Position numbers and translations under genes: made by a program. The notes beneath the pieces are model-generated. The model was given only the letters and a program-made list of their open reading frames with translations. It ran no database searches and was not told where the DNA came from. Below, piece after piece: positions 39,206-48,973 of a stretch of DNA of 64,000 nt (positions are counted from its first letter, which is position 1; every line of letters begins with the position of its first letter). Origin of the DNA: an uncultured Candidatus Saccharibacteria bacterium (lineage in GTDB: Bacteria; Patescibacteriota; Minisyncoccia; Phycocordibacterales; SBAW01); assembly GCA_964566795.1 (NCBI GenBank), contig CAZMIU010000002.1:7965-71964 (forward strand), read 5' to 3'.

Positions 39206-40008
39206 GCAAGCGCATTATCGGATCGTTAATACTCAAAGGTGGCCACGTGGTGCAGAGCATCGGGTTTTCTAAGTACTTGCCCGTGGGCAGCCCGGAGGTT
39301 GCGGTGGAGTTTTTAAACAGCTGGGGCGTGGATGAGATAGTTGTGCTTGAGATTGAGGGTGGCGTTGACCTGCCCCTTGTGGAGCGCCTGGCCAAAAAGA
39401 GCATGGTGCCGCTTACCATAGGCGGCGGTATCACCACTATTGATGAGATGCGCGCTCTTATACACGGCGGCGCAGATAAAATATCTATTAACCGCGCTGC
39501 ACTCAATACCCCGGCGCTTATTACCGAGGCCGCCAGTGTGTTTGGCAACCAGTGCGTGGTTGTCTCTATAGATGTACACGCGGGCGAGGAGGACAAGGCA
39601 CTTGAGCACGCGAGGGAGTGTGCGCGGCTTGGCGCAGGTGAGATACTGCTGCGCTGTGTGGAGCGCGATGGTATGCGGCAGGGCATGGATGTGGCGCTTA
39701 TCAAACGCGTGGCTGACGCAGTGGATATACCGGTTATTGCCGCGGGTGGGTACGGGAGCGCCACGCACGCCAAAGAGGCTTTTAGTGCCGGTGCCGAGGC
39801 GGTGGCGATAGGCAACACGCTTCACTTTAGTGAGCACAGCGTTATCACCGTTAAGCAGCAGCTTAAGGCTATTGGGTTGCCCGTGAGGCTTGACACCTAT
39901 GCGACCTACGAAGGCTTTGAGTTTGATGAGCTGGGCAGGCCAGAAAAGCTTGATGACGCGCGCCTGCAAAAATTGCGCTTTGAGTATCACCCCCCAGAAA
40001 CGATATGA
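39202..40008 (+). CDS. HisF-like cyclase subunit (WbuZ-like)
   Basis: TIGGGITTIDE and AAGGYGS (beta/alpha)8 HisA/HisF motifs. Confidence 0.85.
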   Translation: MSKRIIGSLILKGGHVVQSIGFSKYLPVGSPEVAVEFLNSWGVDEIVVLEIEGGVDLPLVERLAKKSMVPLTIGGGITTIDEMRALIHGGADKISINRAALNTPALITEAASVFGNQCVVVSIDVHAGEEDKALEHARECARLGAGEILLRCVERDGMRQGMDVALIKRVADAVDIPVIAAGGYGSATHAKEAFSAGAEAVAIGNTLHFSEHSVITVKQQLKAIGLPVRLDTYATYEGFEFDELGRPEKLDDARLQKLRFEYHPPETI

Positions 40009-41210
40009 TTTTTTGTAAACGCTGCGTATATCCAGACAACCATCCGCTCGGCCTTGTTATAGACAAGGAGGGTGTATGCAGTGGCTGCAGGGTGCATGAG
40101 GAAAAGGCCACCCTCAACTGGGACGAGCGCTACAAAAAACTGGAGCGTCTTGTCGCCCTGTTTAAAAACACCACCGGCTCAAACTACGACTGCGTGGTGC
40201 CTGTCTCTGGTGCGCGCGACTCCTACTTTATTGTCGACACGGTGCTTAAGCTGGGGCTCAGGCCGCTTTTGGTGACCTACAACAGGCACTACAACACAGA
40301 GGTTGGGATTAGAAACTTGGCTTACCTGCGCACGCTCGCTGGAGTAGACCTCATGACCCAGACAGTTGACCCCGCTACCGTAAAAAAGATTACTCGCGCG
40401 ACGCTTAGGAAAAACGCCAGCATGCACTGGCATGTGCTCGCGGGGCAGAGCGTGTATCCGGTGCAGGTTGCGGTGCGCTTTAAGATCCCTCTCATTATCT
40501 GGGGCGCGCACCAAGGCCTCGACCAAGTAGGCATGTTTTCTCACACAGACGAGGTGGAGATGACCCGTAAGTATAGAAAAGACCACGACCTGATGGGCTA
40601 CGAGGCCGAGGATCTTGTGGGCGAGGAGGGCCTCACTGAGCGCGACCTGGGGCCATACATGTACCCGCACGACAAAGAGATAGAGAAGGTGGGCGTGCGC
40701 GGGATATATTTGGGCAACTACATCCCATGGGACACCAAGGCACAGCACGAGGCGATGATACAAAAATATGGCTACGAGACACGCGAGCAGACACGCACGT
40801 TTGATACCTACAACGATGTGGACTGCTTCCACTACTCAGACATCCACGACTATATAAAGTTTGCCAAATGGGGTTATGGCAAGGCGAGCGACCACGCGAG
40901 CCGCGAGATACGCTGGGGCCGGCTCATAAGAGAAGAGGGCATAGAGCTTGTAAAAAAGTATGAGCATGTTGAGCCAAAAACTCTACAGCTGTTTTTGGAT
41001 TGGCTGGGCATGAGCCACGAGGAGTTTACTCTGCTCATAGATAAACACCGGGGTACGTACGACAGCGTGGTCAACCACGCGGATGATGCAGGGGTCGACG
41101 CCGTGCGGCTAGGCAAAAGACAGGACTGCGAGTTTGTCCTGACACCCTCGCGCGCTAAAGGCCCCGACAAACAAACCTATACCCTTATTGGTCGCGGTTG
41201 GGTAGATTAG
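40005..41210 (+). CDS. second N-acetyl sugar amidotransferase paralog (PseA/WbuX family) with a variant PP-loop
   Basis: CKRCV...CSGC zinc ribbon. PP-loop reads VPVSGARDS instead of SGGKDS. Confidence 0.7.
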   Translation: MIFCKRCVYPDNHPLGLVIDKEGVCSGCRVHEEKATLNWDERYKKLERLVALFKNTTGSNYDCVVPVSGARDSYFIVDTVLKLGLRPLLVTYNRHYNTEVGIRNLAYLRTLAGVDLMTQTVDPATVKKITRATLRKNASMHWHVLAGQSVYPVQVAVRFKIPLIIWGAHQGLDQVGMFSHTDEVEMTRKYRKDHDLMGYEAEDLVGEEGLTERDLGPYMYPHDKEIEKVGVRGIYLGNYIPWDTKAQHEAMIQKYGYETREQTRTFDTYNDVDCFHYSDIHDYIKFAKWGYGKASDHASREIRWGRLIREEGIELVKKYEHVEPKTLQLFLDWLGMSHEEFTLLIDKHRGTYDSVVNHADDAGVDAVRLGKRQDCEFVLTPSRAKGPDKQTYTLIGRGWVD

Positions 41211-41301
41211 TTCTCCCCAATTCATCCACAGAGTTATCCCATTGTTTTTTTTGTGCGATAAGCGGGACAATAGGTGTCTTATTAGTCATTTCATAAAAAC
41301 T

Positions 41302-42366
41302 ATGAAAAAGACACTTTATACAGCGCTGGTCTCCACTGTCGCGTTCTTCGCGTGGATGCCGGTAGTGTCGTTTGCGGCGAATTTCTTCACCGTAGACGAT
41401 GCGGGTAACGTGAGCATAGGAAATTCGTCTCCTCAACATGCGCTGGATGTGTCCGGTGCTATGTACAGCAGGTTGGCGACAACCTCCTCGTCGGTTAATT
41501 GGGATTCGGGCAATGTGCAGTCGATCACTCTAGCAAGTAGTCCGACTCTTGCTTTTTCCAATGCCCAGGCAGGCGGCGAATACACACTCATACTCGTACA
41601 AGATGGGACGGGAGGTAGGACAGTTATCTGGCCCGCATCAGTTGAGTGGTCGAATGGTTTGACGCCGACGTTGTCTACAGCGGCTGATGCAGTAGACATG
41701 GCACGCTTTACCTATGACGGGAGCAATTACATCGGGTCATTCGAAACGGAGTTTGGAGCAAGTGGGTTTGGATCCCAAGACTGGTTTGATGTTTATACCT
41801 CGGGCGATAGCTTGTCAGGGGGTGGTGCAGGATCCGGGTGGTCTTCAGATTGGAGTGGCGATTCGACGTTTGTACTTCAAACTACTACCACGGTTAATTC
41901 ATCTGGAAAAGCAGTAGGTCTAACTGGTGCCACTTCAGCAGAGGATGATGTAAGCCGCACATTTGCTGATGTAGAAAGCGGACACCTGTATTTTGCGATG
42001 CGCGCAAGTCAGGCGGTTGTAACAGATTACTGTAATGTAGAGTTATTTGATGGGTCGACATTTGGAACATATGTATCGTTTGGTCAAGGTCCAAATTCTA
42101 TTCGAGTTGCACACACAGGTGGGCCAACAACACTCTTGAATCCTTTCGTCGGTGGGACCTGGTATATATTCGACGTTAACTTCCTTTCGGCGACAACATT
42201 TAGAGTCCGTTACAAAGAAGCAGGCAGTTCGTGGAATGCGTACACTAGCCCCTTAACTTACTTAAATTCTGTCTCCTCGCCCAATAAAATAAACTTTGGG
42301 TGCAATACTGCGACAAATGGAACAGACTTCTATATTGATCAGTTGGGGATAACAAATATAGATTAA
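41302..42366 (+). CDS. secreted protein with phage-tail-fibre-like N-terminal motif and beta-sandwich (lectin-like) body, in a lower-GC island
   Basis: Signal peptide MKKTLYTALVSTVAFFAWMPVVSFA. DDAGNVSIGNSSPQHALDVSGAM matches the GNVGIGTxxPxxxLxVxG motif common in tail-fibre proteins. Gene GC is about 48% against about 60% in the flanks. Confidence 0.45.
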   Translation: MKKTLYTALVSTVAFFAWMPVVSFAANFFTVDDAGNVSIGNSSPQHALDVSGAMYSRLATTSSSVNWDSGNVQSITLASSPTLAFSNAQAGGEYTLILVQDGTGGRTVIWPASVEWSNGLTPTLSTAADAVDMARFTYDGSNYIGSFETEFGASGFGSQDWFDVYTSGDSLSGGGAGSGWSSDWSGDSTFVLQTTTTVNSSGKAVGLTGATSAEDDVSRTFADVESGHLYFAMRASQAVVTDYCNVELFDGSTFGTYVSFGQGPNSIRVAHTGGPTTLLNPFVGGTWYIFDVNFLSATTFRVRYKEAGSSWNAYTSPLTYLNSVSSPNKINFGCNTATNGTDFYIDQLGITNID

Positions 42367-42385
42367 GTAGCTCTTGTAAGCTAGA

Positions 42386-42420
42386 AGAAAAGAGCCTCGA
42401 AGGAGGCTCTTTTCTGTAAG
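42386..42420 (+). terminator. rho-independent terminator (13-bp stem agaaaagagcctc-gaag-gaggctcttttct)
   Basis: Near-perfect hairpin followed by T-rich tract directly after the 42366 stop. Confidence 0.6.
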
Positions 42421-42456
42421 TTTTAAAACATATGTTTAAGTGCTACAGTATTTCCG

Positions 42457-43281
42457 ATGGATAAAAGGTATCGCGCGGTGGTAATAGGGTGCGGGAATAT
42501 TGGTGCGCTGTGGGGTCTTGATCCTGCGCGCACGCAGCCTGCTTCGTGGGCGGGGGCGATACGTGCAAATTCGCGCATGGAGCTTGTGGGGCTTGTTGAT
42601 ACCAATGCCGAGGTCCTGGCCAAGGCTGCAGAGGCATATGGCGCACAAGGGTTTGCTGATGCGCAAGAGGCTGTTGCTGCGCTTAATCCCGATGTGGTTG
42701 TTATCGCGACACCACCAGAGAGTCATGAGGCTTTGTTGTCTACTATGATTGCGTGCAGGGTGCCTTTTATTGTGTGCGAAAAGCCCATGACCACCACTGT
42801 AGAGTCTGCTCAGCGGATGGTAGAGATGACAGAGGGCCGTCAGGTACTGCTAAATCATCAGCGCCGCTTCTTCCCGCTTTACAAAGCAGCGCGCAGGCGG
42901 ATTGCTGCGGGAGAGTTGGGTGATATCACAAAGGTGGTGGGTCATTACAGTAAAGGCCTCCTTAATAACGGGTCGCACCTGGTCGACATGGTCTTTTATC
43001 TAGTGCCGGAGAAAGAGTCGCTTTTGGAGCTTGTCGTGCACGATGATAGTGAGGAAATCCACGATCTGATTGTAGAGGGTACCAAAGGGACTCTCGTAAT
43101 CACCAATCTGGGGTATCGGTTCGAGTGGCCTGGGGGCGTTGAGGAGGACGTACGGTCGATGCTTGAGCCGTCGGTGGCTCATATAGTAGAGTGCTTAGAC
43201 GGTACAGCGATGCCACTTTGTACGCCCGGGGATGGTTTAAAGGTCGTACGTGCTATCAGTGCTTTATCGGCAAACCAGTAA
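42457..43281 (+). CDS. Gfo/Idh/MocA-family NAD(P)-dependent oxidoreductase (WbpB-like sugar dehydrogenase candidate)
   Basis: AVVIGCGNIGALW Rossmann motif and CEKP motif. Confidence 0.75.
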   Translation: MDKRYRAVVIGCGNIGALWGLDPARTQPASWAGAIRANSRMELVGLVDTNAEVLAKAAEAYGAQGFADAQEAVAALNPDVVVIATPPESHEALLSTMIACRVPFIVCEKPMTTTVESAQRMVEMTEGRQVLLNHQRRFFPLYKAARRRIAAGELGDITKVVGHYSKGLLNNGSHLVDMVFYLVPEKESLLELVVHDDSEEIHDLIVEGTKGTLVITNLGYRFEWPGGVEEDVRSMLEPSVAHIVECLDGTAMPLCTPGDGLKVVRAISALSANQ

Positions 43282-43285
43282 TTGT

Positions 43286-44569
43286 ATGAAAAAAAAGAGT
43301 ACACTCGCCATTAACGGAGGTAAAAAGCTGGTGGGGAAGCCCTGGGCGCCTATCCATGTATTTGATGCAAAAGAGATTGCTGCTGCAACGCGCGTTTTGA
43401 AAGAGGGTCCCATGTCGGGCTTTTTGGGTAATGTAGGCAAGGGCTTTTTGGGCGGTAAGGAGGTAAAGGCATTTGAGGCAGCAGTATCAAAGAAATTTAA
43501 AACCAAGCACGCTGTTGCTTTTAACTCAGCGACAACCGCACTCCATGCTGCAATTGTGGCTTTGGGTGTGGGGCCGGGCGACGAGGTGATAGTGTCGCCC
43601 TACACAATGTCTGCGTCTGCGATGGCAGTACTTCAAAACGGTGCGGTGCCTATTTTTGCTGATGTTGACGAGCAGACGTTTTGTATAGACGTCGAGTCGG
43701 TGCGCAAAAATATTACGCCGCGCACCAAAGCTATTTTGGTGACCGACCTTATGGGCCAGGGTCCTGACTTCGCAAAACTTCTGCCCCTCGCAAAAAAGCA
43801 CAAGCTCAAAATAATCGAAGACAACGCGCAATCCCCGGGTGGTAAGTGGCGCGACAAGTACCTGGGTACGGTGGGTGACATCGGTGTCTTTAGCCTTAAC
43901 ATCCACAAAACAATACAGACGGGCGAGGGCGGCATATTAGTTACAAACAATCCAAAATTTGCTCTGCGCGCACAACTTGCGCGCAACCACGGTGAGTCTG
44001 TCGTAGAGGATATGCCGGACTATGATGTTGGCCCAATATTTGGCAGCAACTACCGTATGACCGAGATAAATGCCGCACTCGCAATAATCCAGTTGTCTAA
44101 GCTCGACTTTTTGACCAAGAAGCGCCGAGAACTTGCGAAGTATCTGACAAAGCGCTTAGAGGAAATACCCGGCCTTATACCGCACTGGACACATCCGGAC
44201 AACTTTAACGTGTACTATCGCTACGCCATACGCGTTAAGGAAGATATACTGGGTCTTTCTATGCACAAACTGGTGGACGCCATGCGTGCAGAAGGGTTTG
44301 GTATGTCACGCGGTTATGTTAAGCCGATCTATCTTATGAAGTTGTTTAAGCAGCGTAAGGCCTTTAACCATACCGACTTCCCATTTGGGAAAAGTACCTA
44401 CTACAAAGGCAACCCGGTTTATAAAAAGGGCATGTGTCCGGTTGTAGAGCGCTTGCACGAAAAGGAGTTTATGTTTACCGATGTCTGCCAGTATCCATAC
44501 ACCACCCGGCACGTAGATCAGTTTATTGCAGGGCTTAAGAAAGTTCTTGCGCACAAGGATGAGCTCTAA
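43286..44569 (+). CDS. DegT/DnrJ/EryC1/StrS-family PLP-dependent sugar aminotransferase
   Basis: About 427 aa fold-type I aminotransferase. SLNIHKTIQTGEGG with the PLP lysine. Confidence 0.8.
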   Translation: MKKKSTLAINGGKKLVGKPWAPIHVFDAKEIAAATRVLKEGPMSGFLGNVGKGFLGGKEVKAFEAAVSKKFKTKHAVAFNSATTALHAAIVALGVGPGDEVIVSPYTMSASAMAVLQNGAVPIFADVDEQTFCIDVESVRKNITPRTKAILVTDLMGQGPDFAKLLPLAKKHKLKIIEDNAQSPGGKWRDKYLGTVGDIGVFSLNIHKTIQTGEGGILVTNNPKFALRAQLARNHGESVVEDMPDYDVGPIFGSNYRMTEINAALAIIQLSKLDFLTKKRRELAKYLTKRLEEIPGLIPHWTHPDNFNVYYRYAIRVKEDILGLSMHKLVDAMRAEGFGMSRGYVKPIYLMKLFKQRKAFNHTDFPFGKSTYYKGNPVYKKGMCPVVERLHEKEFMFTDVCQYPYTTRHVDQFIAGLKKVLAHKDEL

Positions 44570-45521
44570 TATACTCTGGAGTGCAAACGACCCTGGAGGC
44601 GCTAACGCCATAGCTCCTGTTATAGAAGCGCTTGTGGCGCGCGGCGACGAGGTGGCGGGTGTGGCTACCGGCCCGGCGCTCGATATTGCCAAGACAAAAG
44701 GCTTTGCCGTGTTTAGCGAGCCGCCTTTTGTGCCTGACCTCTTTCTGGCAGGCACGAGCATGGGCGACTCTGTGGACGAAAAAATATTTCGCACACTCGG
44801 CAGCGTGCCCTCGGTGTATGTTATGGACTTTTGGGGCAACTACAGAGGGCGCTTTTCTAAGGATGGGGTTGATATAAATTATTTGCCCACTAAAGTGTGC
44901 GTTATTGACGACTGGTCTAAAAAGGATGCCATAGCTGAAGGCGTGCCCCAAGAGCATATAGAGGTAACAGGCAACCCATACTTTGACCATTTTGCCGACA
45001 CCATAACCAGAGATCATGAGGACAAAAACGAGATTGTTTTTATATCTCAGCCTATCCGCGCCGATGTTGGAGATGCATATGGTTACGATGAGTTTGCCGC
45101 GCTCGACGACCTTGTCTCGTGCATACAGACTCTTCCACAATACCGACTTGTGCTAAGACTCCATCCGCGCGAAAAGTCCGATAAATACAACACATATCTG
45201 TCGGCACAGGTAAGCGTGACGCAGGGTAGTTTGGAGGAAGTGCTTTCGCGAGCCGGCTTGGTGGTAGGAGCATTTTCGCCCGTGCTTATGCAGGCTGCGG
45301 TCGCAGGGAAGGCGGTTATAAGCCACCAACCCAATTCGCGTGTCGACAATCTTATTACCAACGAGCTTGGTCTGACCCACAAAACGACCACACAGGAGGG
45401 TTTGGCGCGGGCGGTGGCGAGGTATGTTGCAGGCACGTACAGAAACCCGGGTGATGTTAAGAGTATCCTCCCCAAAGGTGCAACGGAGCGTGTTATCGGT
45501 GTTATAGATAGTCTGTTATAG
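44562..45521 (+). CDS. GT-B-fold protein, PseG/MurG-like UDP-sugar hydrolase or glycosyltransferase candidate
   Basis: N-terminal Gly-rich SANDPGGANAIAPVIEAL and two-Rossmann-domain layout. Context is a nonulosonic acid pathway. Assignment is weak. Confidence 0.3.
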   Translation, partial: SSNILWSANDPGGANAIAPVIEALVARGDEVAGVATGPALDIAKTKGFAVFSEPPFVPDLFLAGTSMGDSVDEKIFRTLGSVPSVYVMDFWGNYRGRFSKDGVDINYLPTKVCVIDDWSKKDAIAEGVPQEHIEVTGNPYFDHFADTITRDHEDKNEIVFISQPIRADVGDAYGYDEFAALDDLVSCIQTLPQYRLVLRLHPREKSDKYNTYLSAQVSVTQGSLEEVLSRAGLVVGAFSPVLMQAAVAGKAVISHQPNSRVDNLITNELGLTHKTTTQEGLARAVARYVAGTYRNPGDVKSILPKGATERVIGVIDSLL

Positions 45522-45528
45522 TGCCGGT

Positions 45529-46215
45529 ATGAATATTTGTCTTATTCCTGCGCGTGGGGGATCCAAGCGTATCCCCAAGAAGAACATTGTCGACTTCATG
45601 GGTAAGCCTCTTATTGCCTATACCATAGAGGCGGCCAAAGAGTCCGGGGTTTTTGGTGAGCATATTTATGTGAGTTCTGACTCTGACGAAATTCTGGAGG
45701 TTGCAAAGCAGTACGGCGCACAGGCTGTTAAGCGCCCGGAGGAACACGCCACCGATACTGCAGGTCTTGATGGTGTAACACTGCATCTTTTGGAAACAGT
45801 AGGAGCAGACAAGTTTGATAGCCTTTGCATGCTTATGCCCAATTGTCCTTTGCGCACAGCCGAGGATATAAAGAATTCTTTTAAGGAATTTTGCGACACA
45901 AAGGCCAAATCCATGATGAGCGTGTTGGACTATCAATGGCTCTACCCGTTTTGGGCACTTGTTGAGCGCAACAATACCCTCGAGTTCTTCTTTGGTAAAG
46001 AATATCTTACTGATTCTAAAAACTTACCCAAGGTATATTGTCCGTCAGGCGCAATCCGTTGGGTTAATGTGCCCAATTATCTTGTGGAAAAGGCTTACTA
46101 CGGTAAAGAAATATCCAAGTTCATCCTGCCTTTTGAGCACGGGATCGATATAGACACGTACGAGGACCTCGAGATGGCTAAAAAACTGTATCCCTTGGTG
46201 CTCGGCACTCATTGA
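45529..46215 (+). CDS. acylneuraminate cytidylyltransferase family (NeuA/PseF/LegF-like CMP-nonulosonate synthetase)
   Basis: ICLIPARGGSKRIPKKNI N-terminal signature. 228 aa. GC about 47%. Confidence 0.85.
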   Translation: MNICLIPARGGSKRIPKKNIVDFMGKPLIAYTIEAAKESGVFGEHIYVSSDSDEILEVAKQYGAQAVKRPEEHATDTAGLDGVTLHLLETVGADKFDSLCMLMPNCPLRTAEDIKNSFKEFCDTKAKSMMSVLDYQWLYPFWALVERNNTLEFFFGKEYLTDSKNLPKVYCPSGAIRWVNVPNYLVEKAYYGKEISKFILPFEHGIDIDTYEDLEMAKKLYPLVLGTH

Positions 46216-46256
46216 CAGAGAAGTTTTGTGTGGTAGTTTAGTGCCAGCAAGATTCT

Positions 46257-47312
46257 TTGTATAGAAAGGAGGCGCTCATGAGCGCAAACCTACACCTGGT
46301 GCTCTTGCCAGTGCTCATGAGTGCGGTGCTTGTGGCGGCCCTAGGGCTCGTCCAGCGTGCTGCATTAGTGGGCAAGTCTGTCGCGCTCTTTCAGGCGTGC
46401 GCCTACACCGCAACAACCATATGCTTCATCACTCTTTACCTTATGTGGTGGGGGCCGGTGTGGCCTGCGCATCTCAAAGATGGATTCTGGCGCGCAGCGT
46501 GCGCGGCGGGAGCCATTAATGTTGGCATCCAGTTTCTGCATGCCAAGTCGCTTACCTACAAGGCGGGGGAGGTGTCGCTCGTGACGCTGCTCTCGGCGAT
46601 GACACCGGGCCTGGTCACTCTGCTTGCGCTCACGCTCGGCGAAGTGCCGGGATGGGCGGGCATCCTCGGCATTGCGTGTATGGTTGCGGGCTCGTGGATC
46701 ATTCTGACAAAGGAGCAACCGGAACATTGGTGGGGCTACTTGCGCCCCTTCAAAATTCTCTCGCTCTACTTCCGCTACGACATGCTCTCGTCACAGGACC
46801 GCGACAGAGCGAAGGTGATCGGCTTTGCCTTTGGCTCGGCGCTCTTAAGCACCTTTGGGCTTCTGTTTGTCGGGCTCTATGTCCGCCGGGCAGGAGACTT
46901 TCAGGGTATCTGGATGGCGACGATTGTAAACTCGGCTATCGTGAGTGCGGCATTCCTGCTCTTAAACTTCCGCAACGCCCGCGCGCATGCGGGCGAGTGG
47001 AGCGGGCAGTGGAGAGTGTTTGCACTCGCTATCGCCGGATATGCGGCGCTTTTGGTTGGTGCCAACTACCTTGAGGTGCCCGCCTTTGGCGAGACGTTTG
47101 TTGCCTATGTGGGGACACTCAACCGCTCCCGCATACTCTTTAGCATCGTCATGGTGTGGGCGCTCTACAAGCTCGGGTTCAAACTCTTTGGAGAGGAGGA
47201 CCTTACAAAACGGTTTGTGGCGGCGCTCATAATTGTGGCCGGCGCAGCACTCATCGCAAGCGAGGGTCTGCCCGAGCGGCTCACCAGCAAACTCGCGTTC
47301 TTCGGCTTCTGA
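46257..47312 (+). CDS. DMT-superfamily (EamA-like) 10-TM membrane transporter
   Basis: Two repeated 5-TM halves. Possible alternative start MSANLH at about 46278. Confidence 0.5.
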   Translation: MYRKEALMSANLHLVLLPVLMSAVLVAALGLVQRAALVGKSVALFQACAYTATTICFITLYLMWWGPVWPAHLKDGFWRAACAAGAINVGIQFLHAKSLTYKAGEVSLVTLLSAMTPGLVTLLALTLGEVPGWAGILGIACMVAGSWIILTKEQPEHWWGYLRPFKILSLYFRYDMLSSQDRDRAKVIGFAFGSALLSTFGLLFVGLYVRRAGDFQGIWMATIVNSAIVSAAFLLLNFRNARAHAGEWSGQWRVFALAIAGYAALLVGANYLEVPAFGETFVAYVGTLNRSRILFSIVMVWALYKLGFKLFGEEDLTKRFVAALIIVAGAALIASEGLPERLTSKLAFFGF

Positions 47313-47322
47313 CCGAGTACTG

Positions 47323-47357
47323 CACCCTCCCCACTATCGGGGAGGGTGTTTCTTTTT
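47323..47357 (+). terminator. rho-independent terminator (caccctcccc-actatc-ggggagggtg followed by tttctttttg)
   Basis: 10-bp GC-rich stem plus T-run after the transporter gene. Confidence 0.65.
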
Positions 47358-47383
47358 GTACACTCGCGTGGTTATATGGACGC

Positions 47384-48439
47384 ATGAAGGTACAACTCAC
47401 CCCCACGCGCTCGGTAGAGAACTTTGCCGCGCCCTACATGATAGCCGAGCTCGGCTCCAACCACAACGGCGACATGGCCCTGGCGCAGAACCTCATCCGC
47501 GCCGCCAAGGCCGCAGGGGCCGATTGCGTCAAATTCCAGAGCTGGAGTAAGGACAGCATCTTTTCCAAAAAGGTATACGACGACAACTTCTTTCTTAAGG
47601 ACGACTACCGCGACCGCACCGACTACACACTCGAGAAGATTGTAGACGAGTTCTCGATCTCGGAGGACGAACTTGTGCAGATGAAAAAGATCGCCGACGA
47701 GGTGGGCATAGACATGATCTCGACCCCATTCTCCAAGCGCGAGGTGGACTTTTTGGTAGACACACTCAAGGCGCCGTTTATTAAGGTGGCGTCTATGGAC
47801 GTAAACAACTACCCACTCCTGCGCCATATCGCCAAAAAGGGTAAACCGATTGTTATGTCGACGGGCTTAAGCACCTTAAGCGAAGTAGACAAAGCGATAG
47901 CGACTATCGAGGCCGAGGGCAACACGCAGATTGTGATACTCCACTGCATCTCTATTTACCCGCCCGACGACGCGCAGGTAAACCTCAACAACATCAAAAC
48001 CTACCAGACCACCTACCCGTATCCTGTCGGCTTCTCGGACCACACACTGGGTACCTCAATACCGCTCGCCTCAGTCGCTTTGGGTGCATGTGTGATTGAA
48101 AAGCACTTTACGCTCGACAAGACCATGGTGGGCTGGGACCACAAGGTATCTGCCAACGAGGCAGAGATGGAGGTTATTTGTACTGAGAGCAAGCGCATCG
48201 CAGCAGCCATGGGCACCACCCGCGTGATGAGCCCGGAGAGCGAGGAGCGCAAAAACGCATTCCGCCGCAGTGTTGTCGCGGCACGCGACATTAAGGCAGG
48301 CGAGGTGATAGGCGCAGATGATATCGATGCCAAGCGCCCGGGCACAGGTCTGCCGCCCGAGGCGATAGAGTATATCGTGGGCAAGCCTGCCAAGCGCGAT
48401 ATACAAAAAGACGCCCTGCTCTCGCAAGACGATTTTTAA
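47384..48439 (+). CDS. N-acetylneuraminate synthase family (NeuB/PseI/LegI-like nonulosonic acid synthase) with C-terminal SAF domain
   Basis: Internal ATG of track ORF 47156..48439. APYMIAELGSNHNGD...CVKFQ...VGFSDHT...KRPG motifs of the sialic acid synthase TIM barrel plus antifreeze-like domain. Confidence 0.85.
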   Translation: MKVQLTPTRSVENFAAPYMIAELGSNHNGDMALAQNLIRAAKAAGADCVKFQSWSKDSIFSKKVYDDNFFLKDDYRDRTDYTLEKIVDEFSISEDELVQMKKIADEVGIDMISTPFSKREVDFLVDTLKAPFIKVASMDVNNYPLLRHIAKKGKPIVMSTGLSTLSEVDKAIATIEAEGNTQIVILHCISIYPPDDAQVNLNNIKTYQTTYPYPVGFSDHTLGTSIPLASVALGACVIEKHFTLDKTMVGWDHKVSANEAEMEVICTESKRIAAAMGTTRVMSPESEERKNAFRRSVVAARDIKAGEVIGADDIDAKRPGTGLPPEAIEYIVGKPAKRDIQKDALLSQDDF

Positions 48440-48445
48440 AAGAAG

Positions 48446-48472
48446 AGCCCCGGATGATAAGTCCGGGGCTTG
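48446..48472. terminator. bidirectional intrinsic terminator between convergent genes (gagccccgga-tgataag-tccggggct with A/T tracts on both sides)
   Basis: 8-10 bp perfect stem with a T-run on each strand. Confidence 0.6.
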
Positions 48473-48476
48473 AGTG

Positions 48477-48911
48477 TTAGAGCTTGCGCACAACTTTGGC
48501 AGGAACACCAAACGCCAAGTATCCCGCCGGCACATCCTCGAGCACAAGGCTGTGTGCGCCGACAATGGCTCCCTCGCCGATAGTGACGCCCGGCATCACC
48601 GTGGAGTGCGAGCCGATGCTCGCATTCTTCTTGATGACTACCTTGCCGGCCACTTCGCCGCGGCTTCCGATGGTCGAGAGCGAGTAGACGGAGCAGTGCG
48701 AGCCTATCTGCACGCCCTCCCCAACCTCGATCCCATGCTGGGCGTGGAAGGAGGTAAAGCAACCAATGTCGGTCTCGTCGCTGAGCTGTAGGTGTTGGGG
48801 GTGGTACACCACCCAGTGCCACTCGGTTGGTACCCCGTGCACAAGTGGGGGCAGGGGTGAGCGCCCCTTAAAACGGTCACTCATAGGTGTCTCCGTGGTT
48901 CGTGTCTGCAT
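48477..48911 (-). CDS. hexapeptide-repeat (left-handed beta-helix) acetyltransferase, sugar N-/O-acetyltransferase candidate (WbpD/NeuD/LegH-like)
   Basis: Repeated [LIV]-G-x-x-x-x-I hexapeptides (IGSHCSVY, IGSHSTVMPGVTIGEGAIVGAHS). Likely true start MSDRF at about 48884. Confidence 0.7.
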   Translation of the reverse strand: MQTRTTETPMSDRFKGRSPLPPLVHGVPTEWHWVVYHPQHLQLSDETDIGCFTSFHAQHGIEVGEGVQIGSHCSVYSLSTIGSRGEVAGKVVIKKNASIGSHSTVMPGVTIGEGAIVGAHSLVLEDVPAGYLAFGVPAKVVRKL

Positions 48912-48973
48912 ACAACTTGTAACAATCTTTGGGGGCTGTCAAGTTTCAGCCACCCAATGTATACTCTCTTTAT

